From positions 32,001-96,000 of the forward strand of contig JAYGDX010000016.1 of assembly GCA_046582655.1 (NCBI GenBank): a stretch of DNA of 64,000 bases. The letters are read 5' to 3'. This DNA is from Candidatus Poribacteria bacterium (GTDB lineage Bacteria; Poribacteria; WGA-4E; UBA9662). The position numbers were made by a program, and so were the translations under genes. This document shows, one piece after another, positions 42,477-52,367 of this stretch; positions within the stretch are counted from its first letter, which is position 1, and each line of letters opens with the position of its first letter. The notes beneath the pieces are model-generated. The model did no database searches. It was not told the DNA's origin and saw only the letters and a list, made by a program, of their open reading frames with translations.

Positions 42477-42517
42477 CTACCAAATTTATTTATGCTTTTC
42501 ACTGGAGAATAGCTAGA

Positions 42518-43603
42518 ATGTATTCGCAGCCAATCCCAGATAAATATTATAAGCTAACCGAGCAAGAAGTTGACGAACGGATATATAAAGCAAAGGAAGA
42601 GTTAGGAAATCGACTTGTTATACTAGGACACCACTATCAACGTGATGAAGTAATTCGTTTTGCTGACTATCGTGGCGATTCACTGAAATTATCCCAGCTT
42701 GCGTCAAGCCGTCCGGAGGTAGACTATATCGTTTTTTGCGGTGTACACTTTATGGCAGAAAGCGCTGATATTCTTAGTGAAGATCACCAGAAAGTGAACT
42801 TGCCGGATTTAAATGCCGGTTGCCACATGGCTGATATGGCAGATCTAGATCTTGTGGAAGAATGCTGGGAGCAGTTAAATGATGTTGTTGGTGATAAAAT
42901 TATGCCGATTACTTATATTAATTGTACTGCTGATTTGAAAGCTTTCGTCGGACAACATGATGGTGCCGTATGTACGTCGTCAAACGCTGGTGCTGTTCTT
43001 GAATGGGGCACGGTACAAAAAGGACAGCTTCTCTTTTTCCCTGACCAACATCTTGGTCGAAACACTGGCGTTAAATATGGCATTGATCTTAGTGAAATGA
43101 TTCTCTGGGATCCATATGAAGACCTAGGTGGGAACACAGAAGAAGAAATTGAGAAATCGAAACTTATCCTCTGGAAAGGCTGTTGTCCAGTACACCAACT
43201 GTTTACAACTAAGCAGGTAAGAAGACTTCGTGAGCAAATCCCGGACATCCAGATCCTTGTGCATCCAGAATGTCGTTACGAAGTTGTCCAGGAGTCCGAT
43301 TTGAATGGATCAACTGCTTTCATCATAAAAACAATTGAGGAGGCCCCAGCTGGTTCATCTTGGGGAATTGGTACGGAGATGCATTTGGTTAACCGACTTG
43401 CTCAAGAACATCAAGATAAATTTATTACTTCAGTTGATCCAAATATGTGCCTTTGTACAACCATGAATCGGATCGATGCTCCGCATCTACTTTGGTCTCT
43501 CGAGAATTTGCTTGAAGACGAGGTTGTGAACCAGATTAGCGTTCCACAAGACATCAGCTACTGGGCAAAAGCATCACTTGATCGAATGTTGGATATCACA
43601 TAA
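42518..43603 (+). CDS. nadA: Quinolinate synthase
   Basis: ILGHHYQ, GDSL, FCGVHFMAES, AGCHMAD, CTSSNA, PDQHLGRN, CPVH, HPEC, GST, GTE, CTTM; GGAG RBS. Confidence 0.96.
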   Translation: MYSQPIPDKYYKLTEQEVDERIYKAKEELGNRLVILGHHYQRDEVIRFADYRGDSLKLSQLASSRPEVDYIVFCGVHFMAESADILSEDHQKVNLPDLNAGCHMADMADLDLVEECWEQLNDVVGDKIMPITYINCTADLKAFVGQHDGAVCTSSNAGAVLEWGTVQKGQLLFFPDQHLGRNTGVKYGIDLSEMILWDPYEDLGGNTEEEIEKSKLILWKGCCPVHQLFTTKQVRRLREQIPDIQILVHPECRYEVVQESDLNGSTAFIIKTIEEAPAGSSWGIGTEMHLVNRLAQEHQDKFITSVDPNMCLCTTMNRIDAPHLLWSLENLLEDEVVNQISVPQDISYWAKASLDRMLDIT

Positions 43604-43671
43604 TTTCAGCTCCTCCTTAAAAACGAGTTCGCTTCAATCTCAAAGTAGACCAAATCCTGCTTCCTCCAAAG

Positions 43672-43917
43672 CTTACACAACCCGGATTCTTAATTCTGAT
43701 TCCGGGTTTTTTTATGCCGATTAACGAGAAACTCGTCGCCATTCGATGATCATATAAGTGCCTATTTCGGCCGATTGCATCTCTGATGCCAGTTCAATTT
43801 CAATCGCGTCGTTATATTTGGTGATACTGACACCAAGTTTTCGCAACTCGGTTGCCACTGCGTGAATGCGGTCGGTCTCCTGCCAGCAGGGACATGTTCA
43901 ATATTTCGGATCAAGGT
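43672..43917 (-). pseudogene. aroA: C-terminal fragment of EPSP synthase
   Basis: Frameshifted pieces TLIRNIEHV / WQETDRIHAVATELRKLG...AEIGTY / [12 protein letters not shown] / [11 protein letters not shown] match the AroA ETDR and DHRMA motifs. Confidence 0.75.
43679..43713 (+). terminator. Possible intrinsic terminator after nadA
   Basis: AACCCGGA...TCCGGGTT followed by a T run; overlaps the aroA remnant on the other strand. Confidence 0.45.
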
Positions 43918-43948
43918 TTATACTACTTGATTTAACCGTTTGCCATCG

Positions 43949-45277
43949 TTAGATTTCTTCAAGATATTTCAAGCGAGTTGGGCGGCGGAGTTTGTCGAGG
44001 GCTTCTCCCTGAATCTGGCGCACTCGTTCTCGGCTCAATTCCAGTATAGATCCAATTTCGGCCAAGGTATATTCATGGTTATCGGTTAAGCCGTAACGAT
44101 GCTGAATCACTAGTTTTTCACGTGGTGATAGTACATTTAAGAACTTATCTATCACTTCCTTCTCTGAAGTTAAGAGTAACTCCTGATCGGGTGAAGTCTG
44201 GTTCTCGTCCAGCAAGAAGTCAGAGATTGTGGCATCGGGTGAGGAATCTCTAATAGGCGAATCAAGGGAAACCATGCCGGATGTAGCCTGTAGAATTTCA
44301 GCCGCACGTGTCTGGCTCAGGCCGGCCTCTTCTGCTAATTCTTCCATGTTTGGATCTCTCTCTAACCGATGGAATAATAGAGACTGTGCCTTGCCAATGG
44401 ATCTTCGAGCAGCCAGCAAATGGCCGGGAACGCGAATTGTCCGGCTTTGGTTATCCAACGAGCGTATAATTGTCTGCTTAACCCACCAATAAGCGTAAGT
44501 GGAGAAACGACATCCTTTCTGCAAATCGAATTTGTCTGCCGCCTTCATCAGTCCGATGCTTCCTTCCTGCATCAGATCCAGAAAGGAGAGCGGATTCCCA
44601 TTGAATAGATATCGTTTAGCTATGCTAGCTACCAGAAGAAGGTTGGCCTCTACAATCTTCTTCTTCAGATGGCACATCCTTTGGGTGGCATCGTTTAATG
44701 CCATCCAGAGTACATTTAAGCGTTGTAAGTGTTGACTTTCCACAGGATAATCTAATACTTCTTGACTTCCTTGTGTTTGAATTTTCTGGTAAGCTTTGAT
44801 TTCTTGATGAATCTGATCTAGAATGGCGGCAATCTGCATCGAACTCCACCACCTACCTTCTTGATCGGAGTCAAAGATCTGCTTAGTCTTCGGTCTTAGG
44901 TTACGCTTCTGTTTGAATCTGAGTTGAACCGACTGCAGAGTAGAAGGTGGAAGCTGGTGAAATAATTTCGTGACTCGTTGTGTGGCATCCTCAAACTTCT
45001 GGAAGAGTTCAACTTCCTGCTGTTGACTTAGCAAAGGTATTCTGGCAATTTGCTGAAGATAAACAAAGGCACTATCCGTTGGCTCATTAGTCACCTCTGC
45101 TGGTGATTGAAAGGATTGAATTGAATAATTATGGTCAGAAGGTTGCAGTGCCTGAATCTGCATATCACCTGATTCCTCAGCTGGTAGCAAAGCTGACAGG
45201 GATTGGGCGTCAACTTCATGACTGTCTGTCAATTGATCACCAACAGGACTATATATGAATTCATCTTGATTAGGCAT
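43949..45277 (-). CDS. Sigma-70 family RNA polymerase sigma factor (RpoD/RpoS-like paralog)
   Basis: Region 1.2 [53 protein letters not shown]...SRERVRQI. Confidence 0.9.
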   Translation of the reverse strand: MPNQDEFIYSPVGDQLTDSHEVDAQSLSALLPAEESGDMQIQALQPSDHNYSIQSFQSPAEVTNEPTDSAFVYLQQIARIPLLSQQQEVELFQKFEDATQRVTKLFHQLPPSTLQSVQLRFKQKRNLRPKTKQIFDSDQEGRWWSSMQIAAILDQIHQEIKAYQKIQTQGSQEVLDYPVESQHLQRLNVLWMALNDATQRMCHLKKKIVEANLLLVASIAKRYLFNGNPLSFLDLMQEGSIGLMKAADKFDLQKGCRFSTYAYWWVKQTIIRSLDNQSRTIRVPGHLLAARRSIGKAQSLLFHRLERDPNMEELAEEAGLSQTRAAEILQATSGMVSLDSPIRDSSPDATISDFLLDENQTSPDQELLLTSEKEVIDKFLNVLSPREKLVIQHRYGLTDNHEYTLAEIGSILELSRERVRQIQGEALDKLRRPTRLKYLEEI

Positions 45278-45876
45278 GACATTCCTTATATTTTAAAACA
45301 ATGTCGAATATTACCTTCGACTGACACCTAATTCCCAATTACTTTATCTACCTGCCAACTTGTAATTTTCTATCAGCCCCGGTAATTTTCATTGTATTCT
45401 TCTCTCATTTTAGTCTCTTGAATGTTGTTCAAAAAAGATTGAACAGTGTTTATGGCTATAATGGCATCCCTTTTTTTTGCCAGCCCCCTAGCGATAGTAA
45501 GCTGGTTGTTATTTCCAAAGTCGGAGTGAAAATAACTTAACTATCAGACAAACGTGGGTGAAGGAAAGGCCTCTCAACTAATGTCATGCTAATTAAAGTT
45601 AGGAATTCTTACGATACTGCGATGAACGCGGGGGAGGATGCTGAATATTTATTATAGCTTAAGGAAACGAATGTAGATGAGGGGTTAGAAAACGATTTGC
45701 CAGCCATATTTAATTAATCGTAATCAAGTTGGGTTTCGTTTACTTGCACATAGCAAATTTACAATAAAAAGGCCGGGTAACGAGTAACAGTAATCAATTG
45801 TTTGCATCTTTTTCAGAGACGTGTTGTTTCATGGCAGCACCAATAATGCGTGCGATCCCCTCTCTTAGTAACCTTT

Positions 45877-46212
45877 AGTGCTAGTTATTCGTGGTCATAG
45901 GTAGAGATGATTGACTTCCTTTCGTTAATACAAGTGAATCATCAAAAACTTGATTGACGAAAGGAAGAATACCTGATGACCACAATAGATTTTATCACAC
46001 AATCGTTTTGTTGTGTAGATGATAAACTTAGAGAATCTGGACCAAACCACAAACACAGCCAAGCCAAACTCTATCCTTCTGAAGTCGTAACTTTGGCTTT
46101 ACTTTATGCACTCAAGGGATGCGGAAGAGAAGGGATTACCGTCCCCTCTTTCCTTCTCTTCCGCATCCAACCAGACTCTTTCGCCTTTTCAACTCTCATG
46201 GTCACCACCTAG
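45877..46212 (+). mobile_element. Truncated IS transposase remnant (IS982-like) with upstream hairpin
   Basis: MTTIDFITQSFCCVDD...KHSQAKLYPSEVVTLALLYALKG, frameshift, then RDYRPLFPSLPHPTRLFRLF; DDE domain absent. Confidence 0.6.
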
Positions 46213-46330
46213 AGGACTTCTGTCTTCCCTCCCTAACACGTGATACCATGCCCTCGTCTTGGTTCCCGGGGCAGTCTCCCCGGATTAATGACTCTTGTAC
46301 CTCGAAGAATATGGGCCGACTGACTCGACC

Positions 46331-46583
46331 ATACAAATCAAAAAATCTGTATACGCCATGCCAACCTCTCCATCTGGATCCACCTGGCTGAATGGGAAAA
46401 GACTCTGGGTGGCACCGCTGGATATTTACACTGACTTTAAAGATGCCCAGAGGTTCTGAAACCGGCTCTTTCTCGCGACTTTGTTCTATAAAAGGGATTG
46501 TTCTCCGAGTCATCAGCGCTATCGACATCGCTCTCTGGAGCTTGAAGGGACTTGTTGCAGGCTAACCCGTCTACGCATTGGCA
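46331..46583 (+). pseudogene. Remnant of an enolase-superfamily dehydratase
   Basis: Pieces SGSTWLNG...VAPLDIYTDFK and GIVLRVISAIDIALWSLKGLVAG*PVYAL. Confidence 0.55.
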
Positions 46584-46923
46584 CTTCACTTGGTCGGACG
46601 CGACAAGATGTGTGAGGAAGCAAAAGCTTGTATTGCCGAGGGATACCGGGCTATGAAGATGCAGTTCACCTAGGGTTACAGAGATGGCGAGAATAGCAGC
46701 TAACGGTCGCAAAGCTGTAAGGCTAGACATTTCTCTGATGGCTTTTACTACTTCGGGCTATAGCACTGTTCAAATCTAGGATGTGGATTGTCTAACTTCA
46801 GTATTCCTGATTATGAATCTAGCTAGATACCGGTTGGAACGAATTAAACCCTAATGAAGTTAAAAGACCTTCATCGTTGACAAAGCAATATTTTCCTGAA
46901 AAATTGGAAATCTCCTCTGTGTT

Positions 46924-47724
46924 TCATCCCCAACGTTGTTCTGGTGGGTTAAATAGAAAACCATGAAATAGCTGGCGACGCTCTGGAGGCAAATCATTGT
47001 AGAATTCTTGGCTATATCCCCAATGTTCTTGTGAGGCAATCATCCATGGGTGTTCATAGGCGTAATATAACATAATTCGTTTGCCATCGTCTTTGGTCCA
47101 AGGTCCACCGGAGTGCCAAAGCGCATTGTGGAACAGGATGGCAGTGCCAGCAGGGGCACAAATTTGTATTGCTCCTGGGAATAAATCCGTTTTTTGTAAA
47201 TCTTCAGAATCTGGATTGTATTCTGCTTTGTGGCTACCGGGAACAACACATAGATTCCCCTGTCCTGATTCTGTCATATCCGTTAAATAGTACCCGATCT
47301 TCAGTTGCAGAAAAGGAATTGGTGCTCCTAACCTACGGTAACCTTCATCATGTCCATCTATATGCCATCCCATGCCACGTCCTTTAGGGCCATATTCAAC
47401 AATTGCATCGGATGCATGATGATGTGGTTTTTCATTGAGTAACCCTATTATATATGGCCATATCTCTGGCAGATCAATCATATCCAGAAAAAGCGGATCA
47501 TCATCTAAAATATAAAATATTCTAGTGTTATCACCATTGATATTGATCATGCCAGTCTTCGTAGTTCCTTTCTCTTCTGCCTGACATCGCTGATCAATGA
47601 CCTGATAAAGTGTATCAAGCAATATCTCAACATGACTTTTCTGAAGTAAATTTTCTAAAACTAAATAACCGTTATTATCAAAAAAAAAGCGTTCAGAGGT
47701 TGTCGGGTTAGTATTATTTGTCAT
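46924..47724 (-). CDS. Phytanoyl-CoA dioxygenase (PhyH) family protein
   Basis: FFDNNGYL, WHID (HxD), GNLCVVPGSHK, FHNALWHSG. Confidence 0.88.
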   Translation of the reverse strand: MTNNTNPTTSERFFFDNNGYLVLENLLQKSHVEILLDTLYQVIDQRCQAEEKGTTKTGMININGDNTRIFYILDDDPLFLDMIDLPEIWPYIIGLLNEKPHHHASDAIVEYGPKGRGMGWHIDGHDEGYRRLGAPIPFLQLKIGYYLTDMTESGQGNLCVVPGSHKAEYNPDSEDLQKTDLFPGAIQICAPAGTAILFHNALWHSGGPWTKDDGKRIMLYYAYEHPWMIASQEHWGYSQEFYNDLPPERRQLFHGFLFNPPEQRWG

Positions 47725-48189
47725 CTTTATCTTCTATATCCAAGGTTAGTCGAACTTGGATCCCTTCGATGAACTTCATACTTTAGATTCTACAGTTGCG
47801 GAAATAATTAATATTTTTAACTATCAACAGTTTAATTTGGATAGAATGTATTATCTATTTTATTCTTTTGACACCGCTCAGTCAAACAATACCCATGCCT
47901 CAATTGAATAATATCTCCAAGTCGCAGTAAATTTAGGTGTTATGCTCAGCGGTAACATCTAATCAACTTCAACCGTAGTTAATTTGCTATCATTGTAGCG
48001 CTATAGCATTTGAAGGCAAAATTGCTCCAGTTGCCGAACATCATTTAGTGACTTCCCATTGTTCCTGATATGATCTCGTGCTTTTTTGGTTGATATGATT
48101 GAGGCACTTGGGTCTTTGTGCACAATGAGTTTAGCCGATGGTTCAGCTTAAATATCAGGAATTTAGGCTGCTGATGGATCATGAAGCAA

Positions 48190-48380
48190 GGCTTGGTAGT
48201 TGTTCTCTGCCAATGCTTTGAAGGTTTTCATCAGATATTTCATGCTGCTGAAACCTGTCGCCTGCGCAATTTCAGATAGTGTTTGGTCATAGCTGAGGAG
48301 TAATTGCTTGGTACGTTCGATTCAGGCGCGACGCAGTATAGAGCCGGGGTGATGTCAAGTTTTCACGGAAGACTAAGAAG
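48190..48380 (-). pseudogene. AraC-family HTH regulator remnant
   Basis: FRE/LDITPALY/LRRA*IERTKQLLLSYDQTLSEIAQATGFSSMKYLMKTFK with frameshifts and a stop. Confidence 0.6.
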
Positions 48381-48925
48381 AGATTGGTCCGACCGACCCC
48401 AAGTGTCTAAGCCGGTTTGATGACATTGGCAAGTGTGTGAAGGCTGAAGTTGTTGTGCACGCCCGCTCTACTAGGCCGTCGTAAATGCTGTTTTTCTTAT
48501 CGTCAAGACCATACTTTCTATAGACACTGGCGAATCTATAGAGTAAAGCGGCCACATCATAATGACGCTGCTTTAGGTGCCGGCTCGGCGCAAATCACGC
48601 ATGCAGGCTGCGATCTGATCTCTATTGGCAACACGCCAGCAAGGGCCATCGGGTGTAAATCCGCATCCGGAAGCAAAGGCAACCGCCTCTGTCCTCGAAT
48701 ATGCAACTAAGCGTATTGCCAAGGATCAGGCCTTCAAAAAACCCATAATGAATGCTCGGCAAGGGACAAAACATATTTCTAACTTCTATCCTACGTTCCT
48801 GACCTAAACAGTGAATAGTACCTATTCCCTACAAAATCAGATGAGGGACCGCAACAGTTGCCGGGTCAAACATAAATCGGCATCCTCTATAGAGCTACAC
48901 TGATGCAACCGGTGGGGATACGTAA

Positions 48926-49609
48926 CCCCAACGCTGGTATCGATCGCCGCATAAACCTGGCGCTGGCATGGTCGAAATGTATCAGCATCAATCCATGTGG
49001 AACGTCTACCAACATCCGCCGATTCATCAAATCTATACCGAAGTTTATGGAACAGAACGAATTTGGGTTTACCCTGACCGGGTCAATATGAAACCGCCTC
49101 TGCATCCCGACCATCCTGATTGGGACCATAAGGGCATGTATCACTGGGATGTGAACACCTCAAAGCTACCAGTCCGTTTCGGAACGCAAGGCGTTCTGTT
49201 TCTAACGCACACGGCTGACAATCAGGGCTCCTTTATCTGTTGGCCTAGGGCACATAAGTCGCTGATCAACAAGGAGAGCCCTTGGGTTCCAGAAATTTCG
49301 CTGGGTGACTTCATTCAAGTACCCGCCAAGGTTGGATCACTGCTGATCTGGCATATTGCACTTCCGCATGCGAAACGGACTAATACCTCTAATAGCCCAC
49401 GACTGGCCCAATACAGGAACTACTACCCAGTTCCTGACCCAATGGATGAGGAACGGCGACAAGAACGGATCACGCTGTGGCAAGAGCGAAGGGCCCTCGG
49501 CCGAGGTGCCTATCCTGGTGAGCCACGTGGATGGGAAGCAAAAAATTATGGTTCAGCAGAACTGACACCGCTTGGGCGAAAACTGCTTGGACTCGATTGT
49601 TGGGACTAA
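48926..49609 (+). pseudogene. 5'-truncated PhyH-family dioxygenase
   Basis: Frame opens after an in-frame TAA at PQRWYRSPHKPGAGMVEMYQHQ; HWD motif; N-terminus missing; LPHAKRTN looks degenerate. Confidence 0.6.
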
Positions 49610-49638
49610 TTAATGGCAACGAAATTTGTTAAGGAGAA

Positions 49639-50790
49639 ATGGTGCATCTAATGAAAATTAAAAGAGTTGAGATTCTGACCAACAAAGAACCGATTCGGCT
49701 AACGGAACCATGGCGACCGGCTTGGCGAGAACCCGACGGCGTACACACGACTGACTTCACCCTCTCGCTCTATAAAGTCTATACCGATCAAGGAATTATT
49801 GGCTATGGGCCAAATCTAGGTGGGGATCCCAAGCTACTGCGTGGACTGAACCCATTTTATATCAGGAAATTTTGGCATAATCATATGGGCGGAAAACGGG
49901 CAGGTGATTCAGGGAAAAGAGCGGCAGGGCTCGAAATCGCACTTTGGGACATCGTAGGGAAAGCTGCTCGTCAGCCAGTTCACCAATTGCTCGGTGCCAG
50001 TTGTCAGAAGATCCCTGTTTATGCGGCAACCAGTCGGTTACTTGAAATCAGCCAACATATTGAACAGGTAAAAACGCTGATCAACTTCGGTTTTAAGGCC
50101 GTCAAACTGAGGTTGCATCGACCTGACCCTTGGGCTGACGTAGCAGTAATAGAAGCCGTCAGAAGTGCGGTCGGAGATACCGTTGAAATTTTGGTTGATG
50201 CAAATCAAAATAACTCTTCTGAGGTCTACAATTTTTGGTCTAGGCAAACAGCACAACAGGTAGCTAGAGAACTAGATCTACTGAACGTCTACTTTCTGGA
50301 GGAGCCGTTGCCGAGAAACGATGTGGAAGGGCTAGCCGAGATTTCGGCTTCGGTTGATATGTTCATTGCAGGTGGGGAACATACACCAGTTGTTGCCGAT
50401 TTCAAGTCACACATCTTAGCTGGATCTTATGACATTCTGCAACCCGATATCACACTGGCTGGTAATTTTGGGATTACAGGGCTAAGAGAAATATCGAGCG
50501 TGGCAGACTTCTTTGGGAAATTGGTGATTCCACACGTCACCGGAAATGGGAACTTTTTTATCACGCTGGCGGCCACATTACAAGCTATGGCGACAGTTGA
50601 TAACTGCCCCATGGTCGAATTTCCTTACGACCCGCCTATCTTGACGCCTGATACGATGCAGACCTTACTAGCTGAACCAATCTGGATCGACAACGATGGA
50701 TCTGTCGAAGTGCCAAACAAACCGGGTATCGGTATCGAGATTGACGAAGATCGGCTCGCCTTAGAAGTTAGCTTGGCTTGGGAAATCTAG
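49639..50790 (+). CDS. Mandelate racemase/muconate lactonizing enzyme family protein
   Basis: GLEIALWDIVGKAARQPVHQLLG, KAVKLR, VDAN, LEEP, GGE, QPD. Confidence 0.88.
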   Translation: MVHLMKIKRVEILTNKEPIRLTEPWRPAWREPDGVHTTDFTLSLYKVYTDQGIIGYGPNLGGDPKLLRGLNPFYIRKFWHNHMGGKRAGDSGKRAAGLEIALWDIVGKAARQPVHQLLGASCQKIPVYAATSRLLEISQHIEQVKTLINFGFKAVKLRLHRPDPWADVAVIEAVRSAVGDTVEILVDANQNNSSEVYNFWSRQTAQQVARELDLLNVYFLEEPLPRNDVEGLAEISASVDMFIAGGEHTPVVADFKSHILAGSYDILQPDITLAGNFGITGLREISSVADFFGKLVIPHVTGNGNFFITLAATLQAMATVDNCPMVEFPYDPPILTPDTMQTLLAEPIWIDNDGSVEVPNKPGIGIEIDEDRLALEVSLAWEI

Positions 50791-51034
50791 CAGAGAAGTT
50801 CAAGCTGAAGGATCCGTATGCGGAACAATACCTCTATCGAATCGAAGGCTATCGGATTACTTAATAGAATGGGTAGGGAACGTCGGTGTTGCCTAAAGCA
50901 ACGCCGGCAGCCAAGCTAGGGAGCACTTAGGTGCAAATCTGGGTTACACATGAGTTTGATCTTTTAAATATTCTTGAGGAAACTTGGTTTTGAGGCCAAC
51001 AGCCATCTAAACCGAAACCAGCCGAAACAGCTGG

Positions 51035-51979
51035 TTAAAGTTCCTGTTCGATAAATTCGTCTATGATTTCATCCGTTAATGGCTGACTGACTGCGCTGGC
51101 GTTCATCTCCAATTGTTCGATGTTTAAACTGCCAATTGGATTGCCGTGAATGCGTTCCTCACGCAAACAAAATTGCAGAGCCACAGCTAAGAGGCTCACT
51201 TCTTTATCGAGACACCACTGGCGCATCTGCGTTGCTCGTTTGATGCTTGGATTTTCTTGATCCCGTTCGGACAAATCAATACCAGTTAATAGACCACGAG
51301 CGATTGACCATCCGTTCAAAACTCCAATATCCCGAGCTGCGGCTGCTGGCAGGACACTATCTGCGGCTGACTGACCGAACAGGTTATAATCGTTAAAGGT
51401 TAGTAGGTTATCGACGTCACCTGTCTCAATAGCTTGAAGATGAAAATGGTGTGGGTTCATAGCAAAACCAACATTTCGGGCTAATCCTCGGCTCTTCAAT
51501 TGCAGCAATCCTGAAAAGGTGCCATTTTTGGTCAAGGTGGGATCAATCTCGCGTGGATCATGAATAAACACTACGTCAAAATAATCTGTGCCAACTAATT
51601 CTAACTGTTTTTCAACATTGGCAATGGCGTAATCAGCAGAATGGTTAATCTCGCTAATAGTCGTATAGTCTATACCATCCCACTCATAATTGCGTTCGCA
51701 ACAGACCCGAACACTGATAATCACTTCTTCTCGTTTGATAGTGCCGTTTTTGATGGCAACGCCCAGTTTGCGTTGCGAGTCACCATAGCAGAGCGCCGCA
51801 TCAAAGTGGTTAATGCCGATATCCACAGCTCGTCGAATCAGCTGACAGGCTTCTTCGTCCGAGACGGGGCCGAAGTTGTTGCCGAATCCTTGCGTTCCAT
51901 AAGGTACTACCGGGATCTCAAGTCCACTTTTGCCCCATCTGCGACGGGGTACATTAAATTCACTTTGGGCACTCACCAT
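51035..51979 (-). CDS. Aldo/keto reductase
   Basis: RRWGKSGLEI, GINHFDAALCYG, DYFDVVFIHDP, ALQF. Confidence 0.85.
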   Translation of the reverse strand: MVSAQSEFNVPRRRWGKSGLEIPVVPYGTQGFGNNFGPVSDEEACQLIRRAVDIGINHFDAALCYGDSQRKLGVAIKNGTIKREEVIISVRVCCERNYEWDGIDYTTISEINHSADYAIANVEKQLELVGTDYFDVVFIHDPREIDPTLTKNGTFSGLLQLKSRGLARNVGFAMNPHHFHLQAIETGDVDNLLTFNDYNLFGQSAADSVLPAAAARDIGVLNGWSIARGLLTGIDLSERDQENPSIKRATQMRQWCLDKEVSLLAVALQFCLREERIHGNPIGSLNIEQLEMNASAVSQPLTDEIIDEFIEQEL

Positions 51980-52367
51980 ACATCTCCTTCAATTTCAGAT
52001 AGTTGAAATGCTTGAATCCAGCGAAAATTTAGTGGGATTTTCTGGATTTTGCCTGTTTCACTTGTACTGTTCGATATTGGTTAGGTAGAAAAAGCTCTTG
52101 GCGCACTTGTTATGACAAATTCTACCGTTTCTGTAAGGAGCTTATTATACTTCACTTTGCGGAAATATTTTGCAGAAATCAACCAATAATGTACAGCATT
52201 CCGCATTTAGGAATGCCTAAGACCACAAAAACCGATTATAATTATTGGGAATAATAATCGGTTTTTTCCAAAATCGATGTTTACCTAACGGCTACTGGAA
52301 AGTTTGATTTGCTCAACATCACCAATTGTTGCTTTGCGATATGGATAGGATGCTAGGGGTTAAGGAA

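Noticed and set aside
48322..48324. In-frame TGA in the AraC remnant
   Set aside because: The expected residue is Arg (CGA->TGA) and the gene has other frameshifts; ordinary decay. prfA and normal TGA stops elsewhere argue against genetic-code reassignment.
50874..50912. Cobalamin riboswitch or group I/II intron
   Set aside because: No B12 box (GCCACTG), no intron catalytic core, and no downstream co-oriented gene.
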